This document shows, piece after piece, positions 32,206 to 42,937 of a stretch of DNA of 64,000 bases (the first letter of the stretch is position 1; each line of letters starts with the position of its first letter). The notes under the pieces were generated by a model. That model made no database searches. It saw only the letters and a list, made by a program, of their open reading frames with translations, and was not told the origin of the DNA. The translations under genes and the position numbers were made by a program. This stretch comes from Gammaproteobacteria bacterium. Its GTDB lineage: Bacteria; Pseudomonadota; Gammaproteobacteria; Eutrophobiales; Eutrophobiaceae. The stretch covers positions 15,895 through 79,894 of the forward strand of contig JACPSH010000001.1 in the NCBI GenBank assembly GCA_016193395.1, read 5' to 3'.

Positions 32206-33609
32206 ATGAATTCACTACCCGTCTTTCTCCGCCTGCAAGGCCGCACGTGCCTGGTCGTCGGCGGCGGCGAGGTCGCCGCGCGCAAAGTCGCCCAGCTTCT
32301 TAAAGCCGGCGGCGAGGTGCGCGTGGTGGCGCCGGAGCTTTGCCCCGCGTTGCAAGAGAGGGCGAGCCGTCGGGACATCCAGCACCGGGCAGAGGAATTC
32401 AGCGCGGAGTTCCTGGAAGGGTGTGTACTGGCGATCGCAGCGACGGACGATCGTGGGATCAACCGCCGGGTTTCGGATCTCGCTCAAGAGCATGGGATCC
32501 CGGTGAACGTGGTGGATGACCCCGAGCTGTGCACCTTCATCATGCCCTCCATCGTCGATCGAAGCCCGGTCGTGATCGCGATTGCAAGCGGCGGCGCCTC
32601 GCCGGTGTTGTCGCGGTTGTTGCGCGCCCGGCTCGAGACGCTGATCCCGTCAGGATTTGGACGCCTGGCCGAGTTGATGCGGGAATTCCGTGCCCGTGTG
32701 CGCGAGAAATTTCCCGTGATGAAGGATCGACGCCGGTTCTGGGAACAGATTCTGGAAGGGCCCGTCGCGGAAATGCTCTACGCCGGCCAGGACAAGGTGG
32801 CGCTGGCCGAGCTGGAGGAACGACTGCGCGAGGAGAAGCCGACCGTCGAACGGCATGGCGAGGTGTATCTCGTCGGGGGAGGGCCCGGCGATCCCGACCT
32901 GCTCACCTTCCGTGCGCTGCGGCTGATGCAGCGGGCGGAAGTCGTCCTCTACGATCGGCTGGTGGCGCCGGCGATCGTCGATTTGTGCCGCAAGGACGCC
33001 GAACGGATCTACGTGGGCAAGGAGCGCGATCGGCATGCAATTCCACAGGAGGAGGTGAATGAAATGTTGATCAAGCTCGCCGGCGAGGGAAAGCGCGTGC
33101 TCAGGCTCAAGGGCGGCGATCCCTTCATCTTCGGGCGCGGCGGCGAGGAAATTGACCGGCTGTCGGAGGCCGGTATCCCATTCCAGGTCGTGCCGGGCAT
33201 CACGGCGGCCGCGGGTTGCGCGGCTTACGCCGGCATTCCGCTCACGCACCGGGACTACGCTCATTCGTGCATCTTCGTGACCGGCCACATGAAGGACGGA
33301 AAACTGGAGCTCAATTGGGACGCACTGGTGCAGCCAAAGCAGACCATCGCGGTGTACATGGGCGTGAAGGGTCTCGATACGCTGTGCGAGGAACTGATCC
33401 GGCATGGTATGAAAAAGGAAATGCCGGCCGCACTGGTTGAGCGCGGCACCACGGCCAGACAGCGGGTGTATGTGGGCACGCTGGCGACACTGCCAAAACT
33501 CGCCGGGGATCACGAGATCGCGGCGCCTTCGATGGCCATCATCGGCGAGGTCGTCAAGCTGCACGAGAAACTGGCCTGGTACGACCCTGCCGGAGGTCCT
33601 CGCGGCTGA
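32206..33609 (+). CDS. cysG: siroheme synthase
   Basis: VGGGEVAARK dehydrogenase domain plus GPGDPDLLT, RLKGGDPFIFGRGGEE methylase domain. Confidence 0.96.
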   Translation: MNSLPVFLRLQGRTCLVVGGGEVAARKVAQLLKAGGEVRVVAPELCPALQERASRRDIQHRAEEFSAEFLEGCVLAIAATDDRGINRRVSDLAQEHGIPVNVVDDPELCTFIMPSIVDRSPVVIAIASGGASPVLSRLLRARLETLIPSGFGRLAELMREFRARVREKFPVMKDRRRFWEQILEGPVAEMLYAGQDKVALAELEERLREEKPTVERHGEVYLVGGGPGDPDLLTFRALRLMQRAEVVLYDRLVAPAIVDLCRKDAERIYVGKERDRHAIPQEEVNEMLIKLAGEGKRVLRLKGGDPFIFGRGGEEIDRLSEAGIPFQVVPGITAAAGCAAYAGIPLTHRDYAHSCIFVTGHMKDGKLELNWDALVQPKQTIAVYMGVKGLDTLCEELIRHGMKKEMPAALVERGTTARQRVYVGTLATLPKLAGDHEIAAPSMAIIGEVVKLHEKLAWYDPAGGPRG

Positions 33610-33627
33610 GCCGGCGGGCAAACCGGA

Positions 33628-35064
33628 TCAGCCGGTCTTGCCCGGGTCCGCGAGCCGCGAAATGCTCTCGGAGGACAGGAGTTTTTCGATCGCCGCCTCG
33701 TCCATCAGCTTTTCGGCGCGCACGATGTCGATGATGGTCCGGTTCGATTCGATCGCGAGCGCCGCGATCCTTGCCGCGGTTTCGTAGCCGAGGTAGGGAG
33801 ACAGCACCGTGGCGACGGCCGCGCTCTTCTCGACGTAGTCCCGGCAACGGTCCCGGTTCGCGGTGATCCCCTCGACGCAGCGTACCGCGAGGACGTTCAC
33901 GGCGTTGCGCAGCAGGGACGCCGACTCCAGCAGATTGAAGACCATCAACGGCTGCATGGCGTTCAACTGCAACTGTCCCGCCTGCGCCGCGAGCGTGACG
34001 GCCACGTCATTGCCCATTACCTGGAAGCAGGCCTGGTTGACGGCCTCCGGTATGACCGGATTCACCTTGCCGGGCATGATCGTCGAACCCGGCTGCATCT
34101 TGGGCAGGTTGATTTCGTTCAGGCCCGCCGCCGGGCCGCTGTTCAGCAGCCGCAGATCGTTGGCGACTTTCGATAGTTTCACCGCGACGCGCTTCAGCAT
34201 CGCGGACACCAGCACGAAGGCGCCCGGGTCCGATGTGGCTTCGACCAGGTGCGAGGCCGGCGTGACCGCGATGCCGGACAGTCGCGCAAGCTGGGACAGG
34301 GCGATCCACTGGTAGCCGCGGGGAGCGTTGATACCGGTGCCGATGGCGGTGCCGCCGAGGTTGACTTCCGCCAGCAGTTTCTCGAACTCGCGCAGCCGGT
34401 CGATGTCCTCCGACAGCATCACGGCGAAGGCCTGGAACTCGAGTTCCAGCGTCATCGGCACCGCATCCTGGAGCTGTGTGCGCGCCAGCTTGACGACGTC
34501 GCGGAATTCGCGCGATTTGCGCTCTAGGGCGGCGACCAAGTTGCCGAGTGCGTTGCGCAGCGCCCGCGAGGCGCGGATCACGGCCACGCGGGCGGCGGTC
34601 GGGTAGACGTCGTTCGTCGACTGGGACATGTTCACGTCGTTGAGCGGATGCACGACGTCGTAGCTCGCCCGCGGCACGCCCAGGATGTCGAGCGCGAGGT
34701 TGGCGATCACTTCGTTGGCGTTCATGTTGGTGGAGGTGCCCGCGCCGCCCTGAACCAGGTCGACGACGAAGTGTTCGTGGAATTCGCCGGCGGCGATCCG
34801 TTGGCAGGCACGGATGATCGCCTCGGCCTTGCGCGGGTCCAGCAGGCCCAGCCCCTGGTTCGCCAGCGCGGCCGCCTGTTTCACGATGGCCAGCGATTCC
34901 ACCAGTTCGGGGTAGCGGCGGATGGGAATGCCGGTGATCGGAAAATTGTCCACGGCGCGCTGCGTCTGGACGCCGTAGAGCGCGTCCCGGGGAACGCGTA
35001 AGGTTCCCAGGCTGTCGGTTTCCTCGCGGAACGCGTCGCCAGGTGAGTGTTGTTGCGATTTCAT
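33628..35064 (-). CDS. aspA: aspartate ammonia-lyase
   Basis: QGGAGTSTNMNANE, SQSTNDVYPT, RTQLQDAVP, GSTIMPGKVNP. Confidence 0.9.
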   Translation of the reverse strand: MKSQQHSPGDAFREETDSLGTLRVPRDALYGVQTQRAVDNFPITGIPIRRYPELVESLAIVKQAAALANQGLGLLDPRKAEAIIRACQRIAAGEFHEHFVVDLVQGGAGTSTNMNANEVIANLALDILGVPRASYDVVHPLNDVNMSQSTNDVYPTAARVAVIRASRALRNALGNLVAALERKSREFRDVVKLARTQLQDAVPMTLELEFQAFAVMLSEDIDRLREFEKLLAEVNLGGTAIGTGINAPRGYQWIALSQLARLSGIAVTPASHLVEATSDPGAFVLVSAMLKRVAVKLSKVANDLRLLNSGPAAGLNEINLPKMQPGSTIMPGKVNPVIPEAVNQACFQVMGNDVAVTLAAQAGQLQLNAMQPLMVFNLLESASLLRNAVNVLAVRCVEGITANRDRCRDYVEKSAAVATVLSPYLGYETAARIAALAIESNRTIIDIVRAEKLMDEAAIEKLLSSESISRLADPGKTG

Positions 35065-35161
35065 CTCTGCCGCCACATTCTCGACGGCGCGTCTGGTGCT
35101 GTCCAGATGGTCGATACCAGCCAGGAAGCGCGCCTTGGGAGCTCGTTGCACCGCCACGGAA

Positions 35162-35665
35162 TCACAGGACGAGTTCCATGATGGCCACATCCAGCCAGCG
35201 TCCGAACTTGAATCCTGCCTCGCGCAGGTAACCCGCCTGTCGGAAGCCGAAGCGCTCCTGGAGCGCGATGCTTGCCGTCTGCGTCGTGCAGACGCCGCCC
35301 AGGATCGCGTGGTGCCCGAGCGCCTGCGCCCGTTCGATCAGATCGGAGAGCAGCGCGCTGCCGATGCCGCGGCGCAGCAGATCGTGCCGCACATAGATCG
35401 ATGCCTCGACCGTTCGCGCGTAACCCTCACGCGGGTTCCAGGGCGAGAGCGACGCCCAGGCGACTATTGTCCCGTCCGCCTCGGCCACGGTGACTGGATG
35501 AGCAGAGCCGCGCTTCGCAAACCAGCGGGCTCGCTTTTCCTCAGTGTCCGGCTCGATTTGGTAGGTACACGTCGAATGGACGACGTAGTAATTGTAGATT
35601 TCGAGGATCGCCGGCAGATCGGCGGCGTTCGCCGCGCGGATGGCGACTTGAAGCGATCCGCTCAT
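35162..35665 (-). CDS. GNAT N-acetyltransferase (phosphinothricin/MddA-like)
   Basis: ILEIYNYYV, RRGIGSALL, GFKFGRWLD. Confidence 0.88.
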   Translation of the reverse strand: MSGSLQVAIRAANAADLPAILEIYNYYVVHSTCTYQIEPDTEEKRARWFAKRGSAHPVTVAEADGTIVAWASLSPWNPREGYARTVEASIYVRHDLLRRGIGSALLSDLIERAQALGHHAILGGVCTTQTASIALQERFGFRQAGYLREAGFKFGRWLDVAIMELVL

Positions 35666-35686
35666 CGAGCGAACGGAGGACGTTAA

Positions 35687-36091
35687 TTACTTCTCTTCGC
35701 GGTCGAGCTTGAGCGAAACGGAATTGATGCAGTAGCGCAGGCCCGTGGGATCCGGGCCGTCGGGGAACACGTGGCCGAGATGCGCGCCGCACTGGCTGCA
35801 CGTGACTTCCGTGCGGGCCATCCCATGGCTCTGATCCTCTTCGGCGGCCACTGCGTCTGCCTTTGCCGGCTGGTAGAAACTCGGCCAGCCGGTGCCCGAA
35901 TCGAATTTCGTTTCCGAGCTGAACAGTTCCGCCCCGCAACACGCGCAGCGGTACACGCCTTTGTCGTGACAGTCGTAATACTCGCCGGTGAAGGCTCGTT
36001 CCGTGCCCTTCTGGCGGCACACGGTATACTGCTGTGGCGTCAATTCTTCACGCCACTCCGCGTCATCTTTCTGTACGGCTTTCTTAGTCAC
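35687..36091 (-). CDS. msrB: peptide methionine-R-sulfoxide reductase
   Basis: [34 protein letters not shown]. Confidence 0.96.
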   Translation of the reverse strand: MTKKAVQKDDAEWREELTPQQYTVCRQKGTERAFTGEYYDCHDKGVYRCACCGAELFSSETKFDSGTGWPSFYQPAKADAVAAEEDQSHGMARTEVTCSQCGAHLGHVFPDGPDPTGLRYCINSVSLKLDREEK

Positions 36092-36581
36092 GGCCCTTGG
36101 GGATGATAATGTCCTTGACGATATCCGCGACCTGGCCGGTGGCCTCATCGATCAACACAACCACGGCCTGATCCACGTCGTCGACGACGCGCCGGGTGTA
36201 ACCCTTGGGCGGCGGAGGCAACTGCTTCTCCAGATCATCCGGCAGGTTGCGCTTCGCCAGACCCGGGGGGAGCGTATCGCGCTTGGCCAGCCCGGGCGGA
36301 AGTTGATCTCGTTTCGCCAGTCCCGGGGGCATGTCCTTATTGCTGCCCTTGTCCTTTCCCTTTTTGCCGGACTTGTCCTTGCCGGAATCTGTTTCCCTTT
36401 CCCGTGTCTCTTCCACCGGCTGCGGCCGCTTGCCGTAATACTTCTCGATCAGTTGCCGCTCGAATTCCGTGAATCCCGCGTCCACCGCGGCCTCGATGGA
36501 TTTCTCCGCCATCTCCCCCGCGATGGCCGCGACGGGCAGGACAAACAGGCTGAGCATGCAGGCATGGATGAATCTGTTCAT
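36084..36581 (-). CDS. exported protein with three tandem PPGLAKR repeats
   Basis: Signal peptide; [38 protein letters not shown]. Confidence 0.7.
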   Translation of the reverse strand: MNRFIHACMLSLFVLPVAAIAGEMAEKSIEAAVDAGFTEFERQLIEKYYGKRPQPVEETRERETDSGKDKSGKKGKDKGSNKDMPPGLAKRDQLPPGLAKRDTLPPGLAKRNLPDDLEKQLPPPPKGYTRRVVDDVDQAVVVLIDEATGQVADIVKDIIIPKGRD

Positions 36582-36750
36582 GGTTATTTCTCCCGGCATC
36601 GAAAATCCGATTTCGCGACTTTGATACCCGGATTGGATTGGGAATTCACCGCGATCTGCCCGTATTGTGAGGCAGGCCCGGAAATCGTACCAGCCAGGGC
36701 GCAAACCGGGTTGTGGCCGGTTTTCTCTCCGCTCTGCCACATCCCCAGTT

Positions 36751-36804
36751 GAAAGTTCTCTTTAAGTTCTCTATTCTTTGTCCGAGAACTTGTGGAGAAC
36801 TTTC
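36751..36804. promoter_or_regulatory. two SOS boxes of alphaproteobacterial type (GTTC-N7-GTTC and GAAC-N7-GAAC)
   Basis: GTTC tctttaa GTTC (36755-36769) and GAAC ttgtgga GAAC (36786-36800), immediately before the lexA ATG. Confidence 0.78.
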
Positions 36805-37398
36805 ATGCTGACGAAGCTAGAGGAAAAGGTACTTCAGCACATTACCCATTACATCGCCCAGACGGGCCATGGGCCGACTCTCATGGAAATCGGCAACGCG
36901 CTCGGGATCCGTTCCAAAGGCACGGTACATCGGTATGTTGAGGGGCTGGTGGCCAAGGGCCATTTGCGCAAAACCGGCCGTGGCTGGCGCGGCATCCGCC
37001 TGGCCGGGGAATATGACCGGCGACTGACCATCCTGCCGCTCGCGGGGCGCATCGCCGCCGGTCGGCCTATCGAGGCCATTCCGGATCAGCAGGAAGTGAA
37101 TTTTTCGGAATTGCTGCTCGGTCCGGACCGCTACGCGCTCAAGGTCGCAGGCGATTCCATGAGGGACGCGGGCATTCTGGACGGGGATCTGGTCATCGTT
37201 CGCCGCTCGGACAGCGCCGAAACCGGCGCAATCGTCGTCGCGCTTATCGACAACGACGAAGTCACGCTGAAACGCCTGCGAAAGCACGGCGATCGCATCG
37301 AGCTGCTGGCGGCGAACCCGGCCTTCACCGCCCTGATCTATCCGGCCAAGCGGGTCATGATCCAGGGAGTGGTCATCGGCCAGGTACGTATGTACTAG
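36805..37398 (+). CDS. lexA: SOS repressor LexA
   Basis: N-terminal winged HTH, Ala-Gly site RIAAGRP, GDSM serine, VTLKR lysine. Confidence 0.92.
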   Translation: MLTKLEEKVLQHITHYIAQTGHGPTLMEIGNALGIRSKGTVHRYVEGLVAKGHLRKTGRGWRGIRLAGEYDRRLTILPLAGRIAAGRPIEAIPDQQEVNFSELLLGPDRYALKVAGDSMRDAGILDGDLVIVRRSDSAETGAIVVALIDNDEVTLKRLRKHGDRIELLAANPAFTALIYPAKRVMIQGVVIGQVRMY

Positions 37399-37501
37399 GA
37401 AGGCGATTTGTCAAGTTGAAGGTGCGCAAAACCGACGTCTATACTCCTATCAGGCTGTTGAAAAAGCCTTTTCAACAAGCGGTTAGACAGAGGCGTCGCT
37501 C

Positions 37502-38203
37502 ATGGATTCACCCAAGCGCATAGAGAATTCCACGGGTCAGGTGGTGGAGTACCTGAAGTCCCATCCGGATTTTTTCCGCGAATATCCCTCCCTTCTGCGC
37601 GAACTCTCCATTCCTCACGAGGTCGGCGCGGGCGTCGCCAGCCTGATCGAGCGCCAGGTGACCATGCTCCGGAGCCATTGCACGCAGCTCCAGCAGGAGC
37701 TGGATCTGCGCAAGACGCGCGCCGGCCTTCAGCGCACCATGCTGCAGAACCTGCAGAATGCCATGCTGCGGTTGCTGCGCTGTAATACGGCCGGCGAGAT
37801 TTACGCCAGCGCGCTCAAATCCATCAAGCGCGACTATGACGTCGATGAGTTCCGCATTTTCATCTTTTCAGATGAGGTCGCCTCCCAGGTCGTGGACGGC
37901 GTGAAGTTCCTCGCGCGCACGGCCAAGCTCAAGTACCTGTTCATCGAGCTCCTGAGCCGGAGCAAGCCGCTGTGCGGCAGCCTTCAGGATGAACACATCC
38001 GCATGCTGTTCCAGGCGGCGGGCGGGCACGTGAATTCCACCCTGATCATCCCGCTGCGCCACGCGCGGTGGGAAGGGCTGGTCGCGCTCGGCAGCCATGA
38101 GCGCGGCCGCTACAGCCGCGGGCTGGAAATGGAGATGCTGCAGCACCTGTTCGTGGTGCTGGGAATACGGCTGGATCAGATCATCACCCAGCCGACTGCC
38201 TGA
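37502..38203 (+). CDS. DUF484 (YigA-like) protein
   Basis: VVEYLKSHPDFF..L.IPH..ASLIERQV.MLR; C-terminal ALGS...RY. Confidence 0.82.
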   Translation: MDSPKRIENSTGQVVEYLKSHPDFFREYPSLLRELSIPHEVGAGVASLIERQVTMLRSHCTQLQQELDLRKTRAGLQRTMLQNLQNAMLRLLRCNTAGEIYASALKSIKRDYDVDEFRIFIFSDEVASQVVDGVKFLARTAKLKYLFIELLSRSKPLCGSLQDEHIRMLFQAAGGHVNSTLIIPLRHARWEGLVALGSHERGRYSRGLEMEMLQHLFVVLGIRLDQIITQPTA

Positions 38204-40043
38204 CGCCGTACAGTTTCGCGAACAGGCCGTTCTGCGCCAGCAGTTGGTGGTGGCTTCCTTCCTCGCTGATCGTCCCTGATTCGAATACATAGACGTGATC
38301 CGCCTGCTTGATGGCGCTCAGGCGGTGCGCAACGATCAGCGTCGTGCGGCCCTCGAGGAATTCCGCCAAAGCGATGTGCAGTCGGTACTCCGTCTCCGCG
38401 TCCAGGGCAGAGGTCGCCTCATCGAGGATCACGACGCTCGGGTTGGTGAGCGCCATGCGCGCGATGGCAAGGCGCTGGCGCTGTCCGCCGGAGAACCGCA
38501 CGCCGTCGCGGCCGACGATGGTATCGAGACCGGCGTGCAGGGCGCGCACGGTGGGGCCGAGTTGCGCTACTTCGAGGGCCTCCCAAAGATGCGCGTCCGG
38601 CAGCTCGCGGCCGAGCGTGAGATTGTTGCGGATCGTGTCGTTGAACAGCGCCGGGTGCTGGAGCACGGTCGCGACATGTTCGCGCACGACGTCGAGCCCG
38701 ACACGGTTCACCGGCACGCCGTCGTAATACACCATCCCGCTCTTCGCCGGGTACAGGCCAATCAGTACCGAGACCAGCGTCGACTTGCCGCCGCCGCTGG
38801 CACCGACGAGCGCCACGCGCTTGCCGGCGGGGATGTCTAGGTTTACGCCGCGCAATATGTCCGGCCCGTCGCCGTAGGCGAAGTGCAGGTCCTCTACACG
38901 CACGCCCACTGTCACCTTGCCGGCGAACGGGTTGACCTCGTGCACGTAGACGGGTTCCCGCGGCAGGCTGCACAGCTCATCGAGCCGCTGCAGCGCGGAG
39001 CTCGCGGCGAAGTAGCCGTATTGGATATTCAACACCTCCTGCACCGGGCCCATCATGAACCAGAGATAACCGAACACGGCGAACATCTTGCCGATGGTGA
39101 GCGTGGAGAACAGGACGAGCAGCAGGGCGACGCCGCGGAACAGGTCGATGCCGATCACGAAAACGAGGAAGCTCAGGCGGCTGGCCGCATCCGAGCGCCA
39201 GGCGTAGTTGACGCCGTGATCGCGCACGTCGCGCGCTTCGTCGATCATGCGCAGGACATAATGCCGCTCGCGGTTGCTGGCGCGGAGCTGGTGCACCGAC
39301 TCCAGCGTTTCGGTCAGCGACTGCTGGAAGATCTCGAACGCCGCGTTCTCCTTCTGCTTCATCTCTTTCACGCGCTTGCCGAGCACTACGGTGAAGTAGA
39401 TGACGATAGGATTGGCGAACAGGATGAAGAGCGCCAGTTCCCAGTGGATCCAGAGCAGGACGACCGCCATGCCCGCGATGCTGAGCAGCGCCACGAGCAG
39501 CCGGCTCATGGTCGTGCCGACGAAGTGATCCACGGTCTGCATGTCCACCACCAGGCGCGAGGCGACCGTGCCGGTGCCCAACGTCTCGAACTCCGCCATG
39601 GAGACCTTTTCCAGCCGCCGCAGGAGCGCAGCGCGCATGCGGTAGATCACGTCTTTGGAAATGCGCGTGAACTGGCGCGAGGTCCAGACGTTGAACCCGA
39701 GCGTGAGAATGCGCAGCAGCATGGTGGCCGCGAGGACGAGCGCGATATACCACACCGGTCCGTGCCAGGATTCCGGCGCCAGGGCATCGATGAAAGCGAC
39801 GACCGGACCCGGTTGGTGCAGCAGCACCTCGTCCACGAGCAGCGGGAGCAGCAGGGGGACCGGCACCGCCGCGGCGGTGGCCAGGAGGGCGGTCAGGTTC
39901 GCGAACGTCAGGTCACGGCGGTGCTCGCGCGCGATCTCCAGCACGTAGCGCCAGTTCAACGCGCCGATACCGGCGCCGGATACCCGGTCCCGGCCGCTCT
40001 CACGGGCGGCGACATTGAGCGTGGATGCAATCGGACTGGTCAT
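38184..40043 (-). CDS. ABC exporter, fused permease and ATPase
   Basis: Six-TM N-terminal domain; GASGGGKST, FSGGQRQR, ILDEATSALD, AHRLS; start uncertain. Confidence 0.92.
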   Translation of the reverse strand: MTSPIASTLNVAARESGRDRVSGAGIGALNWRYVLEIAREHRRDLTFANLTALLATAAAVPVPLLLPLLVDEVLLHQPGPVVAFIDALAPESWHGPVWYIALVLAATMLLRILTLGFNVWTSRQFTRISKDVIYRMRAALLRRLEKVSMAEFETLGTGTVASRLVVDMQTVDHFVGTTMSRLLVALLSIAGMAVVLLWIHWELALFILFANPIVIYFTVVLGKRVKEMKQKENAAFEIFQQSLTETLESVHQLRASNRERHYVLRMIDEARDVRDHGVNYAWRSDAASRLSFLVFVIGIDLFRGVALLLVLFSTLTIGKMFAVFGYLWFMMGPVQEVLNIQYGYFAASSALQRLDELCSLPREPVYVHEVNPFAGKVTVGVRVEDLHFAYGDGPDILRGVNLDIPAGKRVALVGASGGGKSTLVSVLIGLYPAKSGMVYYDGVPVNRVGLDVVREHVATVLQHPALFNDTIRNNLTLGRELPDAHLWEALEVAQLGPTVRALHAGLDTIVGRDGVRFSGGQRQRLAIARMALTNPSVVILDEATSALDAETEYRLHIALAEFLEGRTTLIVAHRLSAIKQADHVYVFESGTISEEGSHHQLLAQNGLFAKLYGVRQSAG

Positions 40044-40146
40044 GGATACGGCCTGCGCAGCCCCGGCGTATCACCCGGGACTGCAAAGGGTATATGCTTT
40101 GCGGGTCCAATCAAAGCGTCTAGCCCGAGCCTTTTTCTCGATCGAC

Positions 40147-41403
40147 GTGGCTGCCGATCTCACCAGAATGGCAATGGCCGCCCAGGCCGGGGACGCGTAC
40201 GCGCAACTCGAACTCGCCGAAATCTTTGCCGGGGGCGCCGGTGTCCCGGTCGACCATACCCAGGCGGCATTCTGGTACCGGAAGGCGGCCGAGCAGGGCA
40301 TCGCGAAGGCGGCGACGCGCATGGGACAATTGCATCTGCGCGGAGCCGGCGTGCCGCAGGATTACGCGGAGGCGATCCGCTGGCTGCGGGTCGCGGCGGA
40401 ACAGGCCGAACCCGGCGCGCAGGCGACCATCGGCTGGTGCTACCAGGAAGGCATGGGCGTCGCGCGCGACTATTCGCAGGCGCTGGTGTGGTACCAGCAA
40501 GCCGCGGATCTGGGCCATGCGGGGGCCCGTTACAACCTGGGCTACATGCACGCACAGGGGATCGGCACGGCGCGAAACGATGCCGAAGCGATGCGGTGGT
40601 ATGCGCGGGCGGCCGAGCAGGGCCACGTTCGCGCGCAACTGAACCTGGGCCTGATGCACGCGCAGGGCGTGGGGACGGAACGCGATCTCCAGTCCGCCAT
40701 TCGCTGGTACGCCGCGGCGGCTAAACAGGGGTACGCCAAGGCGCAGTACAACCTGGCGTTGCTGTACGCCGGCGGGCAGGGCGTGGAACCCGACGAGGAG
40801 CTGGCCTGCCTCTGGTACCGGAAGGCCGCCGAGCAGGGCTACCACAAGGCGCAGTACAGCCTCGGCCTGCACTATCTCTACGGCATCGGCGTCGAACGCG
40901 ATCTCGATCAGGCCCTGCGCTGCTTCACGCAATCCGCCGCGCAGGGATACGCCAAGGCCTGGTACCAACTCGGCAGAATGCATGCGCGGGGCACGGGGAC
41001 GCCGGCCGATCCCGCGGAGGCGCTGCACTGCCTGCGCAAGTCGGCGGACGGCGGATACGCGCGGGCGCAGTACCGCCTGGCATGCAAATATCAGCGCGGC
41101 GACGGCGTTCCGCACGACGAAATCGAGGCCGCGCGCTGGCTGGAGATGGCAGCCATGCAGGGTTATCCCGCGGCGCAATACACACTCGGCACGGCCTACG
41201 CCCACGGCCGGGGCGTGAACGTCGACCGGGTTTGCGCGTACGCGTGGCTCGTGCTTGCCGCGGAATCGGCCGATCCACGCACGCTCGAGGCCGCCGATCG
41301 CCTGCGCGAATCGTTGACACGGGAGGAGAGGCGGGAGGCCGAGCGGCTGTCGCGCGAATGGCGCGCGGTATACGGGGAGCGAACTACAGCAACGACTGCG
41401 TAG
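40147..41403 (+). CDS. Sel1-repeat protein
   Basis: Many A..WY.KAAEQG.A.AQYNLG..Y..G.GV units; start uncertain (frame open from 40015). Confidence 0.88.
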   Translation: MAADLTRMAMAAQAGDAYAQLELAEIFAGGAGVPVDHTQAAFWYRKAAEQGIAKAATRMGQLHLRGAGVPQDYAEAIRWLRVAAEQAEPGAQATIGWCYQEGMGVARDYSQALVWYQQAADLGHAGARYNLGYMHAQGIGTARNDAEAMRWYARAAEQGHVRAQLNLGLMHAQGVGTERDLQSAIRWYAAAAKQGYAKAQYNLALLYAGGQGVEPDEELACLWYRKAAEQGYHKAQYSLGLHYLYGIGVERDLDQALRCFTQSAAQGYAKAWYQLGRMHARGTGTPADPAEALHCLRKSADGGYARAQYRLACKYQRGDGVPHDEIEAARWLEMAAMQGYPAAQYTLGTAYAHGRGVNVDRVCAYAWLVLAAESADPRTLEAADRLRESLTREERREAERLSREWRAVYGERTTATTA

Positions 41404-42790
41404 CCGGTTCCGCCTCGACAATCTGCTGCTCTTCGAACGCAGGTTGCGTCGCGTGCACGAGGACGTCGTAGTACTTCTCTATTCGATCCACGAAGCGGAC
41501 CGGTTCCCAGCCGCGCGCATAGCCGTGCCGGGTCTGCTCGTACCAGTTTCTGTGACTGAGCAGTGGGAGGCGCTGGCGCACGTCCAGCCAGCGATCGGGG
41601 TCGCCGCCCTGTCTCTGCGTCAGGACCCGCGCGTCCTCGAGATGGCCAAAACCGACGTTGTAGGCGGCGAGCACGAACCAGGTCCGGTCCGGCTCGCCGA
41701 TGCGCGCCGGCATCTTCCTGTCGAGCTCCTTGAGATACATCGCACCGCCGCGCAGGCTCTGCAGGGGGTCCAGTCGATCTTTCACGCCCAGGAGGCGTGC
41801 CGTGTCGTTGGTGAGCATCATCAGGCCGCGCACGCCGGTGAATGAGCGCGCATCGACGTCCCAGTGCGATTCCTGGTAACTGATCGCGGCCAGCAGCCGC
41901 CAGTCCAGCCCGAATTCCGAGCCGGTCTGTTCGAACAGTCCGCGATAGGGCGGCAGCCGCTCCGTCATGCGATCGACGAACTGGCGCGAATCGGCGTAAT
42001 CGAACGACTGCACCCTGCCATAGAAGCGGTCGATCAGGGCGGCCAGCTCGCCGTTCCCGTCGATGCGCTCGATGAACGCATCCGCGGCGCGAAGCAGGGA
42101 GAGATCCTTTGACTTGCGCGCCGCCCAGACCAGCGGTTGCGGCGGCGTCAGGTTGAGCGCCGCGCGGATCTCGGGCCGGATCTGGCGCGCATGCGCCAGT
42201 TCATTCGACGGCAGCACGGTGTAGGCGATGCGTCCTTCCTCGACCATGTCCATCAGATCGGCGCTGTCCAACCCCCTGTGGATGTACCAGGACAGGCCGG
42301 GGTGTCTGGCGCGGAGCTGCTCCAGCAACGCGATGGGGATCGTGCCTTCCGCGACGTGCAATTGATCCGGGGCGATCTCGTCGAGGTTTTTCGGGAGCCG
42401 GCCGCCGTTGCGGTACAGGACCTGCCAGGTGACCCAGTGGTAGCTGCGGCCTGCCGCGAGCGGACCGCCTGCGACGGAATCGCGGGTCAATCCCGCGGCG
42501 GCCAGATCGACCCGGCCGCTCAACACGGCGTCGACGATCTCCAGCGGGTTGTTCGCGACGATGACCCGCAGTTGCACGCCGAGGTTGCGCGCGAAGTTCC
42601 ACGCCATCTCGTATTCGATGCCGGTCTCGCCGTCGCGATCGATAAAATACGTGGTCGGGCCGTTGCGCGTGACGATACGCAACTCGCCGCGTTCGAGGAT
42701 CTGCTGGAGTTGCGACTTCGGGGGCGCGCATGCCGCCAGGAACAGACTGGCAAGGAGCGCCAGGGAATGAAGCGGCCGGGTCGATGACAT
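41384..42790 (-). CDS. mltF: membrane-bound lytic murein transglycosylase F
   Basis: Lipoprotein-like signal LAAC, SBP-like domain, AISYQESHW, GVRGLMMLT, AAYNVGFGH, GYARG. Confidence 0.93.
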   Translation of the reverse strand: MSSTRPLHSLALLASLFLAACAPPKSQLQQILERGELRIVTRNGPTTYFIDRDGETGIEYEMAWNFARNLGVQLRVIVANNPLEIVDAVLSGRVDLAAAGLTRDSVAGGPLAAGRSYHWVTWQVLYRNGGRLPKNLDEIAPDQLHVAEGTIPIALLEQLRARHPGLSWYIHRGLDSADLMDMVEEGRIAYTVLPSNELAHARQIRPEIRAALNLTPPQPLVWAARKSKDLSLLRAADAFIERIDGNGELAALIDRFYGRVQSFDYADSRQFVDRMTERLPPYRGLFEQTGSEFGLDWRLLAAISYQESHWDVDARSFTGVRGLMMLTNDTARLLGVKDRLDPLQSLRGGAMYLKELDRKMPARIGEPDRTWFVLAAYNVGFGHLEDARVLTQRQGGDPDRWLDVRQRLPLLSHRNWYEQTRHGYARGWEPVRFVDRIEKYYDVLVHATQPAFEEQQIVEAEPATQSLL

Positions 42791-42937
42791 CGGGATGGGT
42801 CCCCCGCTGTAGATGAGTTGCCGCCAGTGGAGAATACTCTCCTGTTTAGAACCCCCGGAAGCGGTTTTTCTGCGTGCGCTGAAAATCTCCCGATCTGTCA
42901 ACGGTTTCGGCCAACCGTTACAATGCGCGCCAGTCTC

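Noticed and set aside
34050..34100. AspA signature GSTIMPGKVN instead of GSSIMPGKVN as a sign of new activity
   Set aside because: The catalytic first Ser and Lys are retained and the change is conservative.
36240..36335. 30-bp tandem DNA repeat
   Set aside because: Fully explained by the coding PPGLAKR repeats of the exported protein.
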